32,000 nt of DNA from Flavobacteriaceae bacterium. GTDB lineage: Bacteria > Bacteroidota > Bacteroidia > Flavobacteriales > Flavobacteriaceae. Shown piece by piece: positions 21,066-29,130 of the stretch. Every line of letters starts with the position of its first letter. Within the stretch, counting starts at the first letter, position 1. The notes under the pieces were generated by a model. It did no database searches, was not told where the DNA came from, and saw nothing but the letters and a program-made list of their open reading frames with translations. Made by a program: the position numbers and the translations under genes. The stretch covers positions 4,620,001-4,652,000 of the forward strand of contig OZ245049.1 of assembly GCA_965224465.1 (NCBI GenBank), in the 5' to 3' direction.

Positions 21066-21232
21066 ATAAATAAACTATTTATATCGGTCATTTTGGATTT
21101 TGATTGGTATTTTAGCTAGGCGGAAAACAGAAGGATAGCCATAGCTATCGTTCTGTTTTTCAACAACGCTAGAACATAAAACCAACTATTAATAGCTGTT
21201 ATTTTGGATTTTAATTGGTATTATAGCTATTC
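21066..21232 (+). repeat. Composite intergenic repeat A-B-A' (R2), period of about 110 bp
   Basis: A occupies 21066-21112 (AAATAAACTATTTATATCGGTCATTTTGGATTTTGATTGGTAT). B occupies 21110-21174 (hairpin module). A' occupies 21176-21232 (...CTATTAATAGCTGTTATTTTGGATTTTAATTGGTAT). TAGCTA recurs at 21113 and 21223. Confidence 0.8.
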
Positions 21233-21459
21233 TTAAAACAAGAGACTACCAAAAAGTAATATTAAATCACCGCTGTTTGTCAGACAGTATTAAAAAGTTT
21301 TCTCTTCTTAAGAGATCGGAGTCCTATTTCTGAACTGTAAGTTGGGGATTTAGGAGGAAGCCAATGTTTTAATCTTGTTGGTTGTTTTGCTATAATTAAA
21401 AGGTTTTTCTGCATTGCTGTTCAAAAAAAATCATATCTTCAAAAAAAATTAGTTCACAG

Positions 21460-23082
21460 ATGAAAATATTAAACCCCGAAGAGTTAAAAGCAGCCGATCA
21501 GGCTACTATTCAATTTCATGATGCTACCTATTTAGACTTAATGGAGCATGCAGGAAAACGTTGCTTTAATTGGTTAAATACTTTATTAAAAGGAAATCCT
21601 ATCAAGATTCATGTGTTTTGTGGGGTAGGAAATAATGGGGGAGATGGATTGGTTATCGCGCGGCTTTTATTGCAAAACGGTTACAATGTAAACTGTTATA
21701 TTGTGAATTTTAGTGAGAAGCGAACAGCTGAGTTTTTAGAAAACTACAATAAGATAAAAGAAGAAGGTATTTGGCCAACGGTAATTAAACGAGTACAAGA
21801 TTTACCCAAATTGAATGATGGTGAAATAATTATAGATGCCATTTTTGGAATTGGATTAAATAAAAGTCCAGAGGGGTTTACCAAAAAATTAATTCAACAT
21901 ATAAATAATACAGATACCTTTATATTTTCTGTAGATATACCATCAGGTCTTTTTGCTGAAAAGTCTGTGTCCGATCCAGATGCTGTTATAAAAGCATCTT
22001 ATGTTATTACTTTCGAATCTCCTAAACTCGCTTTTTTATTGCCAGAAAACGAACAATATGTAATGGATTTTGAAATTATAGGAATTGGTCTTGACGATGT
22101 ATTTATAGATGAACTACCTTCCAAACATTTTTTTATTCTTAAAGATGATATTGTTCCGTTGTACAAACCAAGACAGCGTTTTTCTCACAAAGGAACATTT
22201 GGACATGCATTAATAATTGGTGGTAGTTTAGGGAAAATGGGAGCTGTTAGTTTTGCTGTAAATGGCGCATTAAAAGTGGGGAGCGGTGTGGTTACAGCCT
22301 ATATTCCTAAATGCGGATGTTCAATTCTCCAAACGGCTATTCCTGAAGCAATGGTAGAATTAGATGCTCCTGAAATCTTAGAATCCTTTAGCCCAAAAAC
22401 TGAAGCAACAGTGATAGGTATTGGAATAGGAATGGGGACAGATAAGAAAACAGTTGAAGGGTTTGGGAAATTTCTAAAAAGAACAAAAACCCCTATGGTT
22501 ATAGATGCAGATGCTATCAATTGCTTATCATTAAATAAAAAAATAATAAAAGATATTCCTAGCCTGTCCGTCTTAACTCCGCATCCCAAAGAATTAGAAA
22601 GATTGTTAGGAGCAAGCGTTTCTAATTATGATCAATTAGAAAAAGCAAAAAAGTTTTCTAAGAAATACAATGTGGTATTGGTTATTAAAGGTGCGTATTC
22701 TAAAATTATTTATCAAGATCAGATGTATGTAAATTCATCTGGGAATCCTGCATTGGCTACTGCTGGAAGTGGAGACGTGCTCACAGGGATAATTACAGGA
22801 CTTATGGCACAAGGGTATTCCTCTTTAAATGCTGCTATTTTTGGAGTGTTTTTACATGGGACAACGGCAGATTTGGCGATCGCGAATATGGTTATGGAAT
22901 CTTTTACTGCAACTACTATTGTCGATTTTATTGGAGAGGCTATGAAAGATATTCTTAGTCCTGATACCAATGAAGAAATGGAACGTGAATTGTTAGATGA
23001 GTTGGAATCTGAGTTTGGGGATGATCTTTTTGATGATTTCGACGAATTTGATGATGATGATGATGATTTTGATGATGATTAA
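21460..23082 (+). CDS. nnr: Bifunctional NAD(P)H-hydrate repair enzyme Nnr (epimerase + ADP-dependent dehydratase) with a poly-acidic C-terminal tail
   Basis: N-terminal YjeF_N domain (FCGVGNNGGDGLVIARLL) and C-terminal carbohydrate-kinase domain (...HKGTFGHALIIGGS..., ...AGSGDVLTGII...). About 36 extra acidic residues at the C-terminus. Confidence 0.92.
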   Translation: MKILNPEELKAADQATIQFHDATYLDLMEHAGKRCFNWLNTLLKGNPIKIHVFCGVGNNGGDGLVIARLLLQNGYNVNCYIVNFSEKRTAEFLENYNKIKEEGIWPTVIKRVQDLPKLNDGEIIIDAIFGIGLNKSPEGFTKKLIQHINNTDTFIFSVDIPSGLFAEKSVSDPDAVIKASYVITFESPKLAFLLPENEQYVMDFEIIGIGLDDVFIDELPSKHFFILKDDIVPLYKPRQRFSHKGTFGHALIIGGSLGKMGAVSFAVNGALKVGSGVVTAYIPKCGCSILQTAIPEAMVELDAPEILESFSPKTEATVIGIGIGMGTDKKTVEGFGKFLKRTKTPMVIDADAINCLSLNKKIIKDIPSLSVLTPHPKELERLLGASVSNYDQLEKAKKFSKKYNVVLVIKGAYSKIIYQDQMYVNSSGNPALATAGSGDVLTGIITGLMAQGYSSLNAAIFGVFLHGTTADLAIANMVMESFTATTIVDFIGEAMKDILSPDTNEEMERELLDELESEFGDDLFDDFDEFDDDDDDFDDD

Positions 23083-23154
23083 TGTCAATCTACTCTAAAT
23101 GACTAATGTAAGTAGGTGTTTGAAGTTTTATTTTGTATACTGCAATAGAAACGT

Positions 23155-24279
23155 GCTGAATTCAAGTCACAAACGCAACTTTTAGTTAAATAATAATTGT
23201 TCCATTACAAATATAGGGTTTTGATATTTATGTCTCTTCCTAGGTCTGTTATTTAATTTTGTTTCTACCTCTTTGATTCTTTGATCTGTTAGGTTTGTAA
23301 AGTCACTTCCTTTGGCAAAATATTGTCTAATCAAACCATTTAAATTTTCGTTAGATCCTCTTTCCCAAGAGTGATATGGATGCGCAAAAAAGTAATCAAT
23401 ACATAAATTTTCTGCAACCTGCTCATGGCCTGCAAATTCTTTTCCATTATCAGCTGTTATAGTATGTAGATAAGGCTTCCAGTCTTCTAATATTTCATTG
23501 ATAGCTTTAGTGACAACAACTGCTTCTTTAGAGCTTACTTTTTTCATTTTAAGCATTCCAGAAGCTCTATCATTTACGGTAAGTATGGCTTGATTATGGT
23601 TTTTACCTATGATTAAATCGACCTCTAAATCTCCAAATCGATTTCTTTGTTCAACAACTTCAGGGCGTTGTTCTATACTAATACGATTCTTTATAACCCC
23701 TCTAGAATCCTTTGATGAGCCACGTTTTCTATATCTCCTTCCCTGTCTGCGAAGGTGTGTATGTAAATCACCATCATTCCTCTTGTCTTCCCTAATATGC
23801 TGATATATACGCTCAATAGACACCGTTTCTTTACCTTGTTTTTTTAGGACACCAACTACTTGCTCAGGACTATAATCGTCTCGCAATAACAACTCTATTG
23901 CTTGTTGAATATCTTCTGTAAAGCGTTTTCTTTTAGGCTTTTCTTTATGACGTTTAGCATACTTTTTTTGGGCTAATTCATGCTTGTAAACTCCATTTCT
24001 TTTGTCTGAATTACGCTTAATCTCTTTGCTAATAACAGACTTGTCTTTTCCTATAGCAGCTGCTATCTCAACCTGTTTATAACCTTGTTTTAACATGCAA
24101 CAAATTGTGTATCTTTGCGCTTGGGTGATGTGTTTCATACAACTTCTTTTTTCGAGATTTGAGACCGTAAGATACATATCCATCAAGACAAGAAAGGTAG
24201 GTTTTCCTACTTTTCTGTTTTGAAAATATAACCATCATAGAATCAAATCGAAAAGTTGCGTTTATTAGTTGAATTTAAG
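23155..24279 (-). mobile_element. IS30-family insertion sequence, copy 1 (1125 bp) with 3-bp TSD CGT
   Basis: Identical to 28006-29130. Imperfect terminal IRs of about 31 bp (GCTGAATTCAAGTCACAAACGCAACTTTTAG against the reverse complement of the other end, with a shared AAACGCAACTTTT core). CGT is present at 23152-23154 and at 24280-24282. Confidence 0.9.
23182..24186 (-). CDS. IS30-family transposase (DDE)
   Basis: N-terminal HTH (ITQAQRYTICCMLKQGYKQVEIAAAIGKDKSVISKEIKRN). DDE core (...GDLEVDLIIG..., ...ITADNGKEF..., ...HSWERGSNENLNGLIRQY...). The true start may be the internal MKHITQ... (24138). Confidence 0.93.
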   Translation of the reverse strand: MMDMYLTVSNLEKRSCMKHITQAQRYTICCMLKQGYKQVEIAAAIGKDKSVISKEIKRNSDKRNGVYKHELAQKKYAKRHKEKPKRKRFTEDIQQAIELLLRDDYSPEQVVGVLKKQGKETVSIERIYQHIREDKRNDGDLHTHLRRQGRRYRKRGSSKDSRGVIKNRISIEQRPEVVEQRNRFGDLEVDLIIGKNHNQAILTVNDRASGMLKMKKVSSKEAVVVTKAINEILEDWKPYLHTITADNGKEFAGHEQVAENLCIDYFFAHPYHSWERGSNENLNGLIRQYFAKGSDFTNLTDQRIKEVETKLNNRPRKRHKYQNPIFVMEQLLFN

Positions 24280-24311
24280 CGTACAAATAAAACGACTAAA
24301 AATTTATTGCT

Positions 24312-24638
24312 ATGGAAAAACGAATCATGTCTTTTAAAGAATTCTACCCTTTTTACTTAACGCAACATCAAGATAAAACATGCCGGGTTTTACATTTTGT
24401 AGGCACAACTACCATGTTTGCATTGTTGTTAACTTCAATGTATTATTTGGATGTTAGACTGCTTATCTATATTCCCATTGCTGGGTATGGTTTCGCGTGG
24501 ATTGGACATTTCTTTTTTGAAAAAAACAAACCTGCTACTTTTAAGTATCCCTTATGGAGTTTAAAAGCCGATTTTGTAATGTATTTTGAACTGCTCTCTG
24601 GGAAAATATCCATAGATTCTTCTAAGGATAAGAAATAG
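24312..24638 (+). CDS. DUF962 / Mpo1-like small membrane protein
   Basis: FYLTQHQDKTCRVLHFVGTT...GYGFAWIGHFFFEKNKPATFKYPLWSLKADF is the conserved DUF962 pattern. Recognised from memory. Confidence 0.75.
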   Translation: MEKRIMSFKEFYPFYLTQHQDKTCRVLHFVGTTTMFALLLTSMYYLDVRLLIYIPIAGYGFAWIGHFFFEKNKPATFKYPLWSLKADFVMYFELLSGKISIDSSKDKK

Positions 24639-24704
24639 ACTATTGGATTTCTAAATGTTTTGTTAAAAAAAAGGATAGTCTTAACAAATTGAAATTATAT
24701 AAGT

Positions 24705-24712
24705 TATATTTG
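24705..24712 (+). promoter_or_regulatory. Candidate -7 box (TATATTTG) for the first TlpA-like gene
   Basis: Exact TAnnTTTG 31 nt upstream of the ATG at 24744. Confidence 0.4.
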
Positions 24713-24743
24713 AATTTGTATAAAATCAATTAAATATCCAAAC

Positions 24744-26117
24744 ATGAAAAAAATAATTATATCCTTAATATGCATGTCAGCAATGGTCTCATGCACTAAA
24801 GAAGTGCCCGTAGATTATGTGTTGTTTTCTGGTAAAATAGCCAATGCTAAAATTAAAAATTTACAAATTGTTACTTTAGATAGAAAAAATATCAAAACAA
24901 TTGTCTTGGGAGAAGATGGTTCTTTTTCGGATACTTTAAGAGTGTCTGCTGGATATCTAAATTTTTCCTTGGGGCGTGAATATTCTACTTTTTATGTAGA
25001 GGATGGTTTTGTTTTATCTCTAGAGATGGATGCGTCTAAATTTGATGAATCTATTGTTTATTCTGGAAAGGGAAGTATAGAAAATAATTACTTAAAAACT
25101 AAATTCACTTTTAATCAGGCAATAAAAAAGGACGGTGATATGAGGACGATCTCTAAACTGGACGAAACTGTTTTTGTTGCGAAAATAGATTCACTTAAAA
25201 ATAAGTCAAATGCCTTTTTGAGTAAAGCTAAAGGACTTTCTGCATCGTTTTTATACTTAGAAAAAAACATTATTAAATTAAATAGCGTAAGTAAACTACA
25301 AAATTATGAACGCTATCATAAACATTTTGCAGAACTTCCAGATTTTAAAGTTTCTGATTCTTTTCCAAATGTAACGGAAGGGATAAATATGCAAGATGAG
25401 AAATTGTTGGTGCTCCCAGTTTATAAAAATGTGATTACAGACTTTTTTATGGATAAAGTAGTAAATAAAGAGGATGCATCTGGATTGGACTATTTAGCAG
25501 TTATTGAAAAAGAAGTGACCAATCAAAAAGTAAAAGATGTATTGGTGTATGATGCCGCTAAATATACCATTACCTATTCAGACAATTTAGAAGGGTATTT
25601 TGCGAAGTTTACTGAATTGCAAAAAAATGAAGATTTCACAAAAGAAATTACAGAAGTCTATACCAATTTGTTAACCATTGCTCCTGGGCAAACGTCTCCA
25701 AAGTTTGTGAACTATGAGAATATAAATGGAGGTGTTACTTCTTTGGATGATTTGAAAGGGAAGTTTGTATATGTAGACGTATGGGCAACATGGTGTGGAC
25801 CGTGTAAAGCCGAAATCCCAGCCTTAAAATCATTGGAAAAAGAATACCACAAACAAAATATCGAGTTTGTGAGTATTTCTGTTGATAAAGCTGTAGATCA
25901 TGATAAATGGCTCGCAATGGTAAATGAAAAACAATTGAAAGGAATTCAATTGTTTTCAGATAAAAATTGGTCATCAGACTTTGTTCAAGGATATTTAATT
26001 AAAGGTATTCCTCGCTTTATCTTAATAGATCCCAAAGGAAATATTGTGAATGCAAATGCTCCAAGACCTTCTAGTGATAAAATTAAAAAAATGTTAAACA
26101 CCAGTTTAGGAATCTAA
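24744..26117 (+). CDS. TlpA/ResA-like thiol-disulfide oxidoreductase lipoprotein (thioredoxin fold, long N-terminal domain)
   Basis: Lipobox MVSC|T. DUF4369-like N-terminal beta region (GKIANAK...DGSFSDTLRVSAGY). C-terminal thioredoxin domain with WATWCGPCKAEIP (CxxC). Confidence 0.85.
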   Translation: MKKIIISLICMSAMVSCTKEVPVDYVLFSGKIANAKIKNLQIVTLDRKNIKTIVLGEDGSFSDTLRVSAGYLNFSLGREYSTFYVEDGFVLSLEMDASKFDESIVYSGKGSIENNYLKTKFTFNQAIKKDGDMRTISKLDETVFVAKIDSLKNKSNAFLSKAKGLSASFLYLEKNIIKLNSVSKLQNYERYHKHFAELPDFKVSDSFPNVTEGINMQDEKLLVLPVYKNVITDFFMDKVVNKEDASGLDYLAVIEKEVTNQKVKDVLVYDAAKYTITYSDNLEGYFAKFTELQKNEDFTKEITEVYTNLLTIAPGQTSPKFVNYENINGGVTSLDDLKGKFVYVDVWATWCGPCKAEIPALKSLEKEYHKQNIEFVSISVDKAVDHDKWLAMVNEKQLKGIQLFSDKNWSSDFVQGYLIKGIPRFILIDPKGNIVNANAPRPSSDKIKKMLNTSLGI

Positions 26118-26138
26118 AATTAATAACAGATATAATAG

Positions 26139-26178
26139 ATGCTACATTCATGGTTTTATGAATGTAGCATTGTTTTTT
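26139..26178 (+). terminator. Strong rho-independent terminator between the two TlpA-like paralogs
   Basis: Perfect 13-bp stem ATGCTACATTCAT-GGTTTT-ATGAATGTAGCAT followed by TGTTTTTT. It ends 10 nt before the next ATG. Confidence 0.85.
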
Positions 26179-26188
26179 AAAAATAAAT

Positions 26189-27199
26189 ATGAAAAAAATA
26201 CTTACTATTATTACCGTGATGCTTTTAGTGTCTTGTGTAGAGAAAGAAAATGATTTTCTAAGCTTAAAGGGACAACTCCAAACCAAGGGTGAAGGGCTTG
26301 TTATTATTAAAGGACGTAACTATAGAAAAGAAATAAAAGTGAATGCAGATGGTACTTTTTCTGATACATTGAGAGTACTTGCTGGTGTTCATACTATTAT
26401 TTATAAAAAACAACGACTTGCACTGTTTTTAAAAAACGGATATGATTTAAGCCTGGCGTTTAAAGAAGCTGCGTTTAGTAAAGGCGTTTCTTTTAAAGGT
26501 GTTGGTAGTGAAACAAATAGGTATATGGAACGCAAAAGAACCTTTTTTAAAAGCGGTAAAGCAATCCCTAAAAGCTATTTTAAATTACCGAAAAAAGAAT
26601 TTCAAAAATCCATTGCAGAAACAAAACTACAGTTGGAGAAAATGAGTGCTAATGCGCCAAATGTAGATTCCATTATTTTGAAATCAGACATTAAGAACAA
26701 CGCATTATTTATACGGTTTATTACCAATAGATACCCAAAAGAACATGAGAATTTACTACGTTTGGCTAGAGGGGTAATGTCTCCAAAGTTTTTTAAGTAT
26801 CAAAATTACCAAGGTGGTACTTCTTCGTTGGACGATTTTAAAGGCTCCTTTGTCTATATAGATGTATGGGCAACTTGGTGTACGCCGTGTAAAGCGGAAA
26901 CTCCTTATTTGAAGGCATTGATTGCTGAATTTAAAGGAAAAAACATAAAGTTTGTAAGTTTGTCTGTTGATAAAAAAACAGCTTATAATACGTGGAAAGA
27001 ATTGATTGCTGCTGAAAAAATGGAAGGAATTCAATTGTTTGCGGATGATAGTTTTGAATCCGATTTTATCAAGGAATATGCTATTTCTGCAATTCCTAGA
27101 TTTATTTTACTGGATACAGAGGGTAAGATTATAGATGCTAATGTGTCTAGACCTTCGGATCCAAAAACAAAAGGCTTGTTAAATTACCTTGTTAATTAA
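26189..27199 (+). CDS. TlpA/ResA-like thiol-disulfide oxidoreductase lipoprotein (paralog 2)
   Basis: Lipobox LVSC|V. DGTFSDTLRVLAGV parallels paralog 1. WATWCTPCKAETP CxxC. C-terminal ...IPRFILLD..G.I... Confidence 0.85.
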   Translation: MKKILTIITVMLLVSCVEKENDFLSLKGQLQTKGEGLVIIKGRNYRKEIKVNADGTFSDTLRVLAGVHTIIYKKQRLALFLKNGYDLSLAFKEAAFSKGVSFKGVGSETNRYMERKRTFFKSGKAIPKSYFKLPKKEFQKSIAETKLQLEKMSANAPNVDSIILKSDIKNNALFIRFITNRYPKEHENLLRLARGVMSPKFFKYQNYQGGTSSLDDFKGSFVYIDVWATWCTPCKAETPYLKALIAEFKGKNIKFVSLSVDKKTAYNTWKELIAAEKMEGIQLFADDSFESDFIKEYAISAIPRFILLDTEGKIIDANVSRPSDPKTKGLLNYLVN

Positions 27200-27230
27200 T
27201 ACAAATACTTTTGCAAGTACCAGTTTGTTT

Positions 27231-27295
27231 TTTTAACTAGGCAGATAATGGATGGATAGTTTTTAGTTATCGTTCTGTTTTTAACAACGTTAGAG
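27231..27295 (+). repeat. Intergenic repeat, module B copy (R3), abutting the IS66 end
   Basis: TTTTAACTAGGCAGATAATGGATGGATAGTTTTTAGTTATCGTTCTGTTTTTAACAACGTTAGAG is colinear with B at 21110-21174 and 31795-31859. Confidence 0.8.
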
Positions 27296-28005
27296 GTAAG
27301 CGTACGGTAAAGTACACCCTTGATTATTTATCAACAGGCTTCCAATTTTGAGGCAGTAACTCCGAAAGTTTATTAGCCTTATGTTCTGGTAATCTATTAA
27401 GGACATCACATAGCCACGTATGTGGGTTTACGTTATTCTTTTTGCAAGTAGCAAAAAAGCTATAAAATAGAGCTATGTTTTGTGCGGACTCATGACTGCC
27501 AGCAAAGAGATAATTTTTTCTGCCAATAGCTAAAGGTCTTATGGCATTTTCTATATTATTGTTGTCTATTTCAAACCTGCCATCATCGATGTATAGTTTT
27601 AGGTTTTGCCATATTTTAAGAGTATAAGCAATTGCTTTTCCTATGGCACTTTTAGGCAGTACGTTTTTTCGCTCTTTTGTAAGATAAATTTCTATTCCGT
27701 CTAAAACAGGTGATGCATGTTTTTCTCTATATGCTTTAGTTTGCTCAATAGTTAATTCTTGTTCTTTTATTTTACGTTCTATCTTGTATAGCTTTTGAAT
27801 TTCCAACAAAACAACATCCGCTCTTTTAGGATCATTATCCAGCGCCTTCTCAAAATACCGCCTAGCATGAGCCATGCAACCTAAAAGAGTAATTTCTCCT
27901 TTTGTTGTTAAGTTTTGGTATGCAGCATACCCATCGGACTGTAGTGTCCCATTGAAATCTTTAAAAAACTCTTCTGGAACAACTTTTCCTCTCCCTTTAT
28001 TGTAT

Positions 28006-29130
28006 GCTGAATTCAAGTCACAAACGCAACTTTTAGTTAAATAATAATTGTTCCATTACAAATATAGGGTTTTGATATTTATGTCTCTTCCTAGGTCTGT
28101 TATTTAATTTTGTTTCTACCTCTTTGATTCTTTGATCTGTTAGGTTTGTAAAGTCACTTCCTTTGGCAAAATATTGTCTAATCAAACCATTTAAATTTTC
28201 GTTAGATCCTCTTTCCCAAGAGTGATATGGATGCGCAAAAAAGTAATCAATACATAAATTTTCTGCAACCTGCTCATGGCCTGCAAATTCTTTTCCATTA
28301 TCAGCTGTTATAGTATGTAGATAAGGCTTCCAGTCTTCTAATATTTCATTGATAGCTTTAGTGACAACAACTGCTTCTTTAGAGCTTACTTTTTTCATTT
28401 TAAGCATTCCAGAAGCTCTATCATTTACGGTAAGTATGGCTTGATTATGGTTTTTACCTATGATTAAATCGACCTCTAAATCTCCAAATCGATTTCTTTG
28501 TTCAACAACTTCAGGGCGTTGTTCTATACTAATACGATTCTTTATAACCCCTCTAGAATCCTTTGATGAGCCACGTTTTCTATATCTCCTTCCCTGTCTG
28601 CGAAGGTGTGTATGTAAATCACCATCATTCCTCTTGTCTTCCCTAATATGCTGATATATACGCTCAATAGACACCGTTTCTTTACCTTGTTTTTTTAGGA
28701 CACCAACTACTTGCTCAGGACTATAATCGTCTCGCAATAACAACTCTATTGCTTGTTGAATATCTTCTGTAAAGCGTTTTCTTTTAGGCTTTTCTTTATG
28801 ACGTTTAGCATACTTTTTTTGGGCTAATTCATGCTTGTAAACTCCATTTCTTTTGTCTGAATTACGCTTAATCTCTTTGCTAATAACAGACTTGTCTTTT
28901 CCTATAGCAGCTGCTATCTCAACCTGTTTATAACCTTGTTTTAACATGCAACAAATTGTGTATCTTTGCGCTTGGGTGATGTGTTTCATACAACTTCTTT
29001 TTTCGAGATTTGAGACCGTAAGATACATATCCATCAAGACAAGAAAGGTAGGTTTTCCTACTTTTCTGTTTTGAAAATATAACCATCATAGAATCAAATC
29101 GAAAAGTTGCGTTTATTAGTTGAATTTAAG
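28006..29130 (-). mobile_element. IS30-family insertion sequence, copy 2 (1125 bp) with 3-bp TSD TAT, nested in IS66 tnpC
   Basis: Same sequence as 23155-24279 (constant offset of 4851). TAT is present at 28003-28005 and at 29131-29133. Confidence 0.92.
28033..29037 (-). CDS. IS30-family transposase (DDE), identical to the copy at 23182-24186
   Basis: The 334-aa translation is identical to copy 1. Confidence 0.93.
   Translation of the reverse strand: MMDMYLTVSNLEKRSCMKHITQAQRYTICCMLKQGYKQVEIAAAIGKDKSVISKEIKRNSDKRNGVYKHELAQKKYAKRHKEKPKRKRFTEDIQQAIELLLRDDYSPEQVVGVLKKQGKETVSIERIYQHIREDKRNDGDLHTHLRRQGRRYRKRGSSKDSRGVIKNRISIEQRPEVVEQRNRFGDLEVDLIIGKNHNQAILTVNDRASGMLKMKKVSSKEAVVVTKAINEILEDWKPYLHTITADNGKEFAGHEQVAENLCIDYFFAHPYHSWERGSNENLNGLIRQYFAKGSDFTNLTDQRIKEVETKLNNRPRKRHKYQNPIFVMEQLLFN

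Noticed and set aside
23116-23125. 10-nt match GTAGGTGTTT, shared with 31987-31996 at the window end
   Set aside because: Exact 10-mers are expected many times by chance in 32 kb of AT-rich sequence. The flanks do not extend the match.
23609-23803. 64-aa plus-strand ORF inside the IS30 transposase gene (also at 28460-28654)
   Set aside because: It is antisense to the DDE transposase and has no features. It is duplicated only because the IS is duplicated.
24665-24685. AAAAAAAAGGATAGTCTTAAC, resembling the left arm and loop of module B
   Set aside because: Only about 12 nt match (GGATAG.CTTA), with no matching right arm. This could be chance in AT-rich DNA.
23155-29130. Composite IS30 transposon that inserted as one unit
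   Set aside because: A unit insertion would put the same TSD on the outer flanks. Instead each IS30 has its own matching TSD (CGT/CGT and TAT/TAT), so these were two independent simple insertions.
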